From Dimorphilus gyrociliatus (Eukaryota; Animalia; Annelida): 64,000 nt of DNA. Location of the stretch: contig CAJFCJ010000030.1 of assembly GCA_904063045.1 (NCBI GenBank), positions 124,001 through 188,000 on the forward strand, given 5' to 3'. The notes beneath the pieces were generated by a model. That model made no database searches. It was not told where the DNA came from and saw nothing but the letters and a program-made list of their open reading frames with translations. Shown piece after piece: positions 22,675 to 34,400 of this stretch. Position 1 is the stretch's first letter. Each line of letters opens with the position of its first letter. The position numbers were made by a program, and so were the translations under genes.

Positions 22675-25600
22675 TTAGATGTCCGGATTAGGCTTTTGTT
22701 TAAGATTCGCAACTGGAGATGAATCACCATCTCGAACTGGGTCCATGGGCTTTGTGTCACTTTCGAGGATGTTAGACTGTTGTAACTTAGATGAGCTATC
22801 TATCCTTGTTCGTTCAATGTTCAAAACGTTGCTTAAAGATTGTCTCAAATTATCTATCGTATCAATAGGCTGAGTTGGCGGTTGAATACCTTGAGCACTC
22901 ATAAAACCTTGTCCCACAGGATTTTTCGACATAGGAACTTGATTGTAGCCCGTAACCTGATTCGGCATAAAATTCATCATTGCTGGTGGCACTTGTCTAA
23001 CCGGAACAGTATTGTTAAAATAGGCCTGATTCTGTGGTAGTTGAACATTCGAGGGTTTTTGCATTCCTATTGTTGGTGGTGTCTGTCGAACCGGCTGAAA
23101 GGAATTACTGGTCACAGCAGCCGAATGTGGAAAAGTTTGTTGACTATAAGCTTGCATATTTGGAGCATTCTGGCTAACAATAGGGGCTTGACTTTGCTGA
23201 GGTGTGCTTTGTCCATTTCTCGAATGACAGGCAACGCCTGTTAATTGCATACTTGATAGCTGAGAACCCGGTGTAACACCCATTTGCATTGAAAAAGCTG
23301 ATTGCTGATCTATCAAAGGTTGTTGAACTGGGTTTAGGCAAGAGATGCTGGTATTCTGTGACAAGGGAGGTGAGGTTTGCTTAGCCAATGTATTTGCAAT
23401 ATGAGGCATATTCCTTAGTATAGCTTCTGCGAAACGTTGTTTAAAAGATGAAACATACTGTTGGTACTCATGTGTATGCCTAGCTTCCATATCAGCATAA
23501 GTAGGATCCTGTTGCATGGCTTGCCTCATTGCAGAATTCATTAGATCTTGAGACTGAAATTTGAGATATTTTAATTAGAAATTAATCCAATTGTAGAACA
23601 AATAACATGCTATAGAATATAGTTTTGAATACAAATAATATACATTCAAGATAATATATAAATATGCTATTTTAATGCAAAAACCATATAAAAATAAAAA
23701 AATCAATATTTTAATCCAAGCGTTAGGCAATTAGCACTTTATTTACATTTTTTCTCACCGGTATATTTTGTAGATTCATTTGAAACTTAAACAAAGGAAG
23801 TTTTGCTAGAGATGGGATGATGGCAATGGACATATACAAAGTGAATAACGTTGAACGTTTAGGTCAGAGTAGAAAAGTGAGAAAATTTTTAAAACTCATT
23901 TAAAGCTTTTCCGTTAGAGAATAAAAAAAAATACACAACTCGCTTAGATTTTTTGAACGCGGTTCAAAAGTTCACTAAATGTCCTTTCTTTTTGTTTTAA
24001 ATAGAAAAAAAAGAGAACGATTAGCTTAAATAATAGGTACTTCTTATACTTTTTTCAATGTGTTTTTTAAGTTGATGGATCTCCCCCTTTAAACAAAAGT
24101 TCAAAAAATATCCCTTTTCAAGCAATATTAAACAAATAAGGAAAAAAAACTACATCAAAAATAAATAGTATAAAAAAAAACAATTTTCAATGCTAAACAG
24201 AAGAGAGCTTTGTCATAATTATAGCACATTTTAATTGTATAGAGTAAGTAAATATATATATATATACTGTATATAGATGTAAAAGTAAAGATAAATATAA
24301 ACTGATAAAATGGAAAAAGCCTAAAACTAACTAAATTTTCTCTCAAAACAGACTATCGTATTTAAATATATATATATATTCTTGTTTCTAAAGAAATTTC
24401 AATGACAAATTTCTTATTGTCATATTCAAATAGAATATGTTTACAATAGAAATTCACGCTTTTGCCTAAAACTTTAAAATTGGCTGAAGGATCTTCGGTA
24501 AATAGCTCAATATGTGTAACAACAAGTATACGTACATACTTTTCTTCCACATATATTACGTACAACCGCTTAATTTCGTGTATAATTGGTCATCAAAACC
24601 TTTTGAAGTATAGAGGCTATGTGCAAAAAAACCTACCCTTTCAGGATCATACAAAGGGTGCTGCATGAGCAAAGCGTCAAGCTCGGATAATTCTTTAATT
24701 CGATGCGAACTAGTAGTGGAGCCATAAGCAGACGAATTTTCAACAGAAAATAGTTGATGATTTAAAGCAGGATACGTATTATTGCGTGCAACCTGGCTCT
24801 CCTGTTGGGATTCCAAAGCATTGCTCTCAGCCTCCGATACGGAATCAAAATCAGTATTCTTTGTTGGACCATAGCCATTATCGTTGTCTGTATGATGGAT
24901 TACACTAGTATTTGCTGATAAGACTGTAGGAACACAATGATGATAACTATCGATGTTTGGTCCAGATTCCTTTTCCTTTTCAGCCCGTTCCCTTTCTCTT
25001 TCCTTATCCCTCTCTCTTTCTCTTTCTCTTTCTCGTTCTCGTTCTCTTTCTCGCTCTTTTTCTAGCTCTTTTTCTCGTTCTTTTTCTTTTTCACGTTCTT
25101 TTTCTTTACTCTTACCGTCGTCGGTCTCCTCTACCGCCGAAATTTTGAAACGTCCTAATTGCTTGTTAGGAGAGGATACCGGAGAAGTACTTTGAGGTTG
25201 TGGATGATCGTCCTTTCTAACAGGAACCGATCTTTCACTGCCGCCAGGTGAAACATTAATAATTTGTAATTTACTCCTTCGTGGTTTCTCAAGATTATCA
25301 GTTTCAGTAAAAGTTGGTTGATCTTCTACTTCACCTCCCTTTTGAGGAAATGCATGCATATTCATAGGCCTCGAATGTAAATTTTGTAACTTTTGATGTA
25401 AGTTTGCCAAATCTTGTGGTGGCATATTGTTAAAGGAAGACGATTGAGGATTGGCGTAAAAGCTATGCTGACTAGCAGGGTGAACAGGTGCACTCTCTCT
25501 CCTTTGTGGTACAACGGGTGGTTGTGTTGGTAGTTGACATGCTTTCACAAAATATAAGGCTTGCCCCATCAATGCTTGGGTATCAGGAGTATTCTCCAGC

Positions 25601-28600
25601 GGAAATTGAGAAACAAGCTGGAAGACTGTAGCTATCTGCTGAGTTATAGGATACAAAGCCGCCGGGTTATTTATAAAAGTAAACGCTTGATTTAATAAAT
25701 CTCGTAGTTGTCCCAAATAGGCTTTTGCTAAATCACCTCGACATTGATACACCGACAATTTAGTATATACGTCATCAAGGTTTACATTTGCCATACCGCT
25801 TGTCGCAGATGGAGTTGGAGGTAAACTACTACCACCTGTAACTGGTTGACTCGAAAGTGTGTTCCTATCTCTTTTATAATCTCCGTAATTGCCTCTGAAC
25901 ACATCGTCTTTTTTAACTCTCTGAACCGAACTATCATTACTTTCAAGGAAGAATTCTGTATGTTTATTCTCTGGTTCTTGACTAGCTTGTCTAGATCTGT
26001 CAGTATCATTCATGTTGGGAGCTGATGAAGTTTGCAGAGGAATGTTGTGGGCATCTCCGTCCGACATGAGTGGAGTTGGATGCGTTGGGGTTGGCAGTAT
26101 CTGGTTTTTGCACAATATTAGGTTTGCTTAGTTCGAAAGAGAAGAATATAGTAAAATATAAAAATTACGAACTTCTTGAACTTTAGATAACAATTTGGCA
26201 ATTTGACTTTTAAATTTATCTACTAGGCCCAAATCCAAATGCTTTGCTTCCACGAGAGACTCAGCCATCTCATCAGCATCCATGTCAACTTTATCGACCT
26301 TTTAATAGAACATATTTAGCAAATGATATCCTATATATAGTTTATAGACAATTTTTTTGCGTAAACCACAAATAACATCAACTTACTTCAAAAGTAACAA
26401 CTTCAGCATCTCTTTCTCCTTTCCCTCCTGACATTTCACATTCAATTTTTCCATGTTTTGTTCCCTTTAGCTCAACTCTTAATTCATTGCCAAGTTCGCC
26501 TGTTCTTCGTTTTTGTCGAGACTTAGCCTGTAAGAAGACGAAAAATCTATATGATGAATAAAAATGAAGCAGTTTTACCTTTTCTTTTTTTTGAGCAAGA
26601 GGAACAGGGGCTCTTTTAACTTCACTCGATTCAATATCTGAATCTCTCACTGTTTCTTCTACTGGCTGATGTTGCTGATCTGGACGTAAATCAACTGACG
26701 CCTGATGTTGAATAGGAGCATGTTGTGTAGTTACTGGTTGGGTGGTAACATCCGCCGGTTGTTCAGGTATCTGACCTTGTTCTTTGTTCTCCTGAACTGC
26801 TGTGGCATTAGGGTTTTGTTGTTGTTTCTCTTGATTCCATTTTTTAGTTAGGTCCCTTATCTAATCAAAAATAAAAGAAATAGTCATATTCTAAGCAGCA
26901 TAGAGATAAATATAATAGAATACAAATAAAAAGAAAAATAGAATAATTATCAACCTGTCTAACAACTGAGTTAAAGTCTGAATCTACAACATAGCCGGAT
27001 TTAAGCATTTCCTTTGCAACATCTTCAGGTGAATCAGTGTTTAAGCTATACTCAAATTCAATAGCCTCGTTTTCTTTATGCTTGTCTTTTCTCCGTTTTG
27101 CATCAATTAATCTGAAAAGAAAATATTTGATTAAATTTTCATTATCTAGACAAATCTATAACAGACAGATTAATGAATTTTTTTTTTTATTTAGGGAATT
27201 TTATATATATGAACTTGCAATCTGTTTCGTAAATGTATTATCACAACTATTTTTATTGGAACAAAAAAATTTTTAATATCAAATTGCGTAAATTGATCGT
27301 ATTTCTTATCTAACTGGAACATTAATCTTTTTTTATCCGAAATGTGCATTCTTTAAAACAATACTTACCGAAAATGAAGTTTAATTGTATTATTATCTGA
27401 TCCTACTTCTGAAAGTTCTAATTTTACTTCAGCAAAAAATGGATGTTGTAGGAGTTCCTTTGCAGAAAATCTATAATAAATATTACCAACAGTATAATAC
27501 ATGTAAATACTATGAAAAAATCCATTCTTCTTATTATTTTATCTCATTTGATTCACCTACATCTTTGAATCATTAAGTACACAGAAATAATAGTGTAATC
27601 ATTACACCCTCACCTGTCTTCTTTTCGACTCTTTGTGCAACCTTCTATAATTTCCTTCACGTCTGGATTGTCAATTTTATCGAAACTCTCTGGTTTAACT
27701 CCAGCAGTTACACGGCGAAAAATTTGTGCAGGATTTGTACATTCTTTGTAAGGATATTCTGATGTGCACATTTCTAACATGCACATCCCGAAAGCGTATA
27801 TGTCAACCGCTTCATCGTAATGTTCCTCATACATTTCGGGAGCCATAAACTCTGGCGTACCTGTGAGCATATATAGAATTAATAATTAGATTCAAGCGGT
27901 AAAGAGAAATTAAAGAAATAAACCTATAACACTCCTAGCAAAGCTCTTGTTTTTTAAAGTAGCTAGGCCTAAATCCCCGATCTTTACGGATCCCGTTGTT
28001 CCGGTAATGAAAATATTGTCACACTTCAGATCACGATGAATAACAGGCGGCATTCTCGTGTGTAAGAAGCATAATCCTTTAAAAAAAATATGCATCCTAT
28101 AAATTGCATGCATTTGAAGTATTAATTATATAATACCTCGCAGAATTTGCCTACACCAATTCTTAACAACTTTCAATTGCACTCTATTTTTAAACTTTTT
28201 GATGTATCTGTTGTAAAACAAATCATAACCCAAATCTCTCTAATCACTGTACGAACGTTTTCAAAGTTCCGGAGGTCATCATCTCTGTTACGAGAACGAT
28301 GATTTTTCTATTCCTCGTGTTGGTTTCCTCCCAGGAGTCATAAAATCGGACGATATTTGGATGTTGAAGATCCTTTAGCATGCTCGCCTCTTCTCTGAAA
28401 CGCTCTCGTTCTTTCTTATGCCATTTCTTGTCCTTCAAAATCATGTGCAATCATTTTCCTAAAAAATATATTTTAAGTGTTACCTGTAACTCGCACCATG
28501 CTACTTGAACACCTGTTTCTGTGTCTAATCCTTTATAAACTGTTTTGAATGATCCTCTTCCAATTTCTTGATTGAATTTAAGAAATCTGCTATCAGGAGA

Positions 28601-28996
28601 TGCATGTACACTTTTATACTCCTCATCCTCCTTCTCCCCACTCTTATCCTCTTTCTCATCCTCTAATTCTTTATCATTAACTCGAATACTAGGATTAGCT
28701 TCAGAAGACAGCTCTGATTTGTAATTTTCTTGTTCATTTACGGGTATACTTTCATAATACTTATTATCAGCAGAAGAAATCTTACGTTCAAATACTTCTG
28801 TGGTGTCTAGCGGTGGTGAATCTTCAATTGTAACCTGTTTTTTTACTTTACCACCACTTGACATACGTTTCAAAGCAGGTGGTGGGTGCTTCATACTGTC
28901 CGAATCATTCCTTCTGTCAATTGTTGCTGATACTTTAGGCTCGTCTTCTGGTAAAGAATTTTTTCTAGATGATGATCTACTGCTATTTTCATCCAT
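22675..28996 (-). CDS. WNK: WNK (With-No-lysine) serine/threonine kinase
   Basis: Kinase exons 28996-28484, 28432-28257, 28207-28137, 28076-27924, 27860-27614 join in frame. They show the WNK hallmarks [12 protein letters not shown] (catalytic Lys in subdomain I), [34 protein letters not shown] and [20 protein letters not shown]. Further exons encode the autoinhibitory/OSR1-C-like domain ([26 protein letters not shown]), a second CCT-like module near 26.2-26.5 kb, a large exon 26100-24637 containing RFKI, and a last exon 23553-22675 with a coiled coil and Q-rich tail. Confidence 0.96.
24975..25110 (-). repeat. Coding (GA)-rich low-complexity tract giving a KE/RE dipeptide run in WNK
   Basis: Protein reads [43 protein letters not shown]. 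Confidence 0.85.
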
Positions 28997-31329
28997 AACA
29001 ACTTAGCGAATGTTAAAAACCATTCGACAACATTTTACTAAAAATAAAACATTATTTCTATATTTTATTACTTTGCAGTCTTTTCAGAAAATAATAAAAA
29101 GATGACAAACCAAAATGGTTTCCAGCTGTAAATTAAGTATCCTGTAATAAATTGTCTTTATTCTCTCGTAAACACTCACAAAAAAAGTATTACTATAAAT
29201 CAGATATATTTTACTTTTCCTTTGGCTTATATGGGATAATCCAAATTAGAAAACTGCGCAGTTTTACAATCGATTACATACGCAAAAAAATGCTAAGTGT
29301 CAATGAAGTGCAGTAGACCGGAAATACAACACTGATGTTATTATTTTCGTATTCAAAATTTCGAAATATTAGATCTCCTTAAAAAAGAAGAATTAAAACC
29401 TTGGATAAGAAATAATTTTTCTCGCAAATCTTTAGAAAATATAATTATACGAAGAATAATAGGTTAGCAGTTCATTAGAGATATATGTTAAAAGGATATT
29501 TAATTAAATGGGGAAGGAGCAGGAACCACATAGACTTCTTGAAACAATATCTTTTCAAATAGTTATTACTAACTTATAAGTATATTTATTTCATAGACTG
29601 ATTTAAATTTATGAATATTTTAGTTGAAAAATATGTTCGAAAGTACTGAAAATTTTAATCGTTTGACGCAAGTGAAATTTAAGACAGGGCTAAAGGTCAT
29701 GTAAAGCTTTAGGTTTGTAATAAATTACGTAATAATTAGCCTAATTTAAATACCTTTATATAGTTTCCCCTTCTAGTTTATGGTAACGAAAAAATAATAA
29801 AGCAAATAGAGAATTAATTGATTCAAGCTGGGGGGGTTAAGCGGCGCCCATAAGATCATTATCCCTTGTCATTAAAGAAAAATCAATGGTCATTGTTTGT
29901 ACTTATTACAATAAATTATTTGGGTTTAGTGCTTAGCTTGGCGGGGAAAAAAACTTCCTTGAAGTACAAAAATTGCAGCTTTTACCAAAAAAAAATTATC
30001 AAATTGTACATTATCAAGTAATTTTGTAACAGTTCAAGCTCTATTCGGCCTATAAAGGACCTCAATCACAGAATTGAAAGAAAAAATCCACATTAGAATA
30101 ATACTATAATAAAACACGCATTATTAGTTGAATAGAAGATAAAATTACTAAATTTCTTCTATACAAGCTGTATAATATATTGGAAATAAGTTTAAATATC
30201 GAATAATAAGTAATAAACTCAAATCGACTTTTATATTCGAATATCGTTTCTCGTTGCCTTTGCTTTCAACCTTCAATAACCTTCTACAATCAAGGAGAGT
30301 ATGATAAAAAAGTGAAAGGGCCAAACCGAACTGCTATTTAACTGACATGACATTGCAAAACAGTGGTACTAATAGAACATCTGCATCAAACGTTATCATA
30401 AATATCACCGATAGATTTGTTAATGACTTTAAAGAATACTATGATAGTTTACGTGGACAGAACGTACACTTTTATACTATAGATATTTTGTGTATCCGAT
30501 CTTCATCATTTGCAAATTAATAACTTCTGTATTCTCATATTTACACTACAATCAAAGGAATTATCAAATACCATTGCCAATTTCAACATCAACTTGATTA
30601 GTTTAAGATTTTCTCTTTGTGTCTCCTTTGTAAAAATGGAAAGAATTATAAAATCTCTTTGCAATATCTATGACATTGACATATATTTAATATATTTATT
30701 CCAATAATTCTTTAATCTAAGAAGTTCTCTTAGATAGTATTTAGATTATTATGACTCATCCTTACCCCACGGTGTTTCTAGAAAATTTCTCTCCGCGATA
30801 GTTCATATACGTGCTGCTATGATAAGGAGCAGTTATTTTCAAGATAAAAATTTAAATGTTATTTTCATTAACACATTTGTCAAAATGGCAAATGTTTTCT
30901 AGCATAATTTAGCAACTTATAAAATAAACATGGTATTCGTTTTTCAAAACATAAGCTTTTAATAAAACATTAGCGTTAAATAATATTGCTTCAATTATAA
31001 TAGAGAATAAAATTGCAAAACTTAAAAATTAGGTAAAAACATAAAATTTCTATTTATAATGGTTTTTATTCAATCTGAAATACATATGGTGGAAAAATTT
31101 AACAAAATAAGCGTTGTCACTTTAAATCAGTAGCAAAGAAATATTAACCGGAAGTTAGGAATAGAATTTCTATGAAATTTTTTCGAATTTTATTGCAACA
31201 TATATACATGTATATTATAGAAAATACATGTAATGATAAATTATTTTTATAAATATAGTTGTTCTATAAAATTTTAGTATTTACGAAAGACTTAAGTGGT
31301 ATGTGTACCTGTGATTTATTCGATAGAAA

Positions 31330-31450
31330 ATCTTACCCGCCATAGATGCGGAAACGGAACCAGTCTACTTTTTTGAAACGATAACTTTTCAAATAACTAT
31401 CAGTAAATTGACGGCGTTTATCATCGGATTGTCCGACGGACTTGGCCAAT
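31330..31450 (+). promoter_or_regulatory. G2/M-type promoter elements upstream of KIF23
   Basis: CHR-like TTTGAA at 31372-31377 and an inverted copy near 31387, E2F-like CTTACCCGCC near 31332, and CCAAT at 31446 just before ATG 31454. CHR plus CCAAT is the established architecture of mitotic-gene promoters. Confidence 0.45.
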
Positions 31451-31453
31451 AAA

Positions 31454-34400
31454 ATGAAACCTACGTGAGTTAAAATATTGTCCATCATTTAGAATTATGT
31501 TTATCATATATAATGCAATATTCAGTCGTATATATGCCTTTTATGTTTGTTGCTCATTACTTAAAATGGCGCGCACCCTAAACTGCTCACATTTTTATCC
31601 GCAGGCGCGGTAAAACGCCAAGGAAAGCTCCAAAAAAGAGCAAGCCAACAGATCCTGTCGAGGTACAGACTTAAAATCTTCAATTTTACCTTTCTGAAAT
31701 ATTAGCATGTTAGGTTTATTGCCGGCTAAGACCGATTCACGAAAGCATTCCTCGATGCTGTCGATTCATATCAGAAGAAATTCTACAACTTACTCCAAGT
31801 GAAAATGCTATAGCTAGAAATGGCGATACGAAAGAGGTCATTATTCACACTCATAACATTAATGCAAAAGCAATTGGTTATAATGTTTTGCTTTTTCCAG
31901 ACTCAGTATTCTTTTAGCCGTGTATTCGATGAATATACCGGTCAGAAATCCATTTTCGATTACGTTGCTCTACCTTTGGTTGACGATGTCATACATGGAA
32001 AAAATGGTAAGGAGTTATTAATGTCTTTGATATTGTTATAGGTATATGTTTTATGTTATAAAATTCAGCACTACTTTTTGCTTATGGAGTCACATCATCT
32101 GGAAAAACTTACACAATGGATGGAATTTCGTCTGAGCAAGGCATTTTACCTAACTGTCTTGATGTAATTTTTAACTCAATTGGTCATTTACAAGCAAAAC
32201 GATATGTAAGTTGTTACCTCTCATTGCAAAATACGTAGTATTAATATTATTCTTAAAATATAGGTATTTAGGCCTGATAAAATGAATGGATTTGATGTGC
32301 AATCCGAGGCAGATGCAATGATGGAAAGACAACAAAGAGATATTTTACCAAAGATATCACAAAAGTTTGTTATTTAGTTGTGTTCTTTCATTTTAATAAA
32401 AATTTCCTTCTTTAGAAATAAAGAAACTATGAGTGATCACATGAAAAACAATAATAGAGATAAAAACATGACTAAAATAGCCGAAGTTGATGAGGACAAT
32501 GTGTATGCAGTATTTGTATCTTATATAGAGCTGTATAACAACTATGTGTATGATCTTTTGGAAGAACAAACTTATGATCCAATTACTGGTTTTAGGTAAG
32601 ATATTATTAAGGTTAATATTTTTTTGATTATATTCTCTATTTACTCAACAGACCTCCTCAAAGCAAGGTTCTCAGAGAAGATGCCGATCATAATATGTAT
32701 GTGTCTGGATGTGTTGAAGTACTAGTAAATAGTGCTGTGGAGGCATTCGATGTTTTAGAACGCGGAAAGAAACGCAGAAGAGTTGCTCATACTCAATTAA
32801 ATGCGGAATCTAGTAGAAGTCACAGTGTTTTTAACATTAGAATTGTTCAAAGTCCCTTGGATCCAACTGGGCGTGAGGTAGTCTATTTATGACCGTCTTA
32901 ATTATTTAATTTATTTCGAAATAACGAACAGGCTATTCAAGATAAAAGTCAAATTGCCACCAGTCAATTATCATTAGTTGATTTGGCTGGTAGTGAAAGA
33001 ACAGCTCGAACTGGAAATCAAGGAGATCGTTTAAAAGAAGCTAGTAAGTTGAAAGAAATATAAAACTATAGAATTTTATATTAAAGAGCTAATATTTCAA
33101 AAATTCAGGTCTCATAAATCAATCTCTTATGACATTAAGAATTTGTATGGAAAAACTTAGAGAAAATCAGCTGAATGATTCGAAACAAGTAGTTATGCAA
33201 TAATTAGTTTTTTATTCTTATTAATAAATATCTGATGTTTTCTTTCTTAAGATGGTGCCGTATCGTGATTCAAAATTGACACATCTTTTTAAAAACTACT
33301 TTGACGGTGAAGGTAAAGTGAGAATGGTTGTCTGCGTAAATCCAGACGTACAGGATTATGACGAGATATTGGTAATAATAAATATAAGTTTAATGAATCA
33401 TACAAGTATAATTTTTTTTTAAAAATCAAATAGCAAGTTATGAGGTTTGCTCAAACCGCTAAAGACGTTCAAATAACAAGACCAGAACAAGTTAAATTTA
33501 ACGTACACACGCCTGGACGCAGAAAGTTGGGACAATTACCATCGGACGAAGGGACATCAACAGAGACTCTTACCTCCAGTAGCTCTACTCAATCAATTAA
33601 TCCTCCTCCATTGGTACCTTGCATGAAAATGGCTGATATTCGCGATTCAGCGACGAACAAAGAACTGATAATGATCTTAAAAGCCAGTCGCAAATGGTTT
33701 AACCAATGTACAATGTCTGTAGATATTGGAAGTACGTAACAATTGCTTTAACGAAAGGGTTTTTTGTTAACATTATAACTAATGATATTTCGCCATTGGT
33801 AGGATCTCATTTTAGAGATAGATTAAGCAAGCTGGAAAGTCGTCATGCAGACTTGGTTGAAACGAAAGAAAATAATCATTCTAGGATGGCAACAAAAGAA
33901 GCCCAACTGAAGAAATTTGAACAACGAGTAAAAAATTTTCTTGAAAGTTATGTAAATATTTACAGTTATTTTCGCTTTTAAAAGATGAAAAAAATGAAGG
34001 AAAATAACGCTGCTCTTCAACATCAAAATGCACAATTGGCTCAAGAGAAGAGAGAAGCAGAAAATGAGGTATGAAGCGTATTGATTTAAAAGTGAAAAAT
34101 AGTTAAATATTTAGATACATATGTTTATAGTTTGTTTATGAATTATAAGTATCTGGTTGATGTGAAAAATTAGTTGATAAATTATAAATATGACAATACT
34201 AGCGAAAAAAAAAGAGGAAAAAAGAAACAAGTACAGAGTATAAGCGATCCAAATCAGCTGGAAACAAAAATCGTAGCAGTTTCTTCAAACCTCTATATAG
34301 AAGTTATAGCGATACAGGATTAGATGACGAAAACTGGAACAGCAGTACATCATATCAAGAAAGACAAGAGAAATTTTCAAGTTATAATAAATATCTATCT

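Noticed and set aside
24953-25195. Plus-strand ORFs opposite WNK (also 22679-23244 and 28800-29006)
   Set aside because: These are antisense shadows of real minus-strand exons and of the GA tract.
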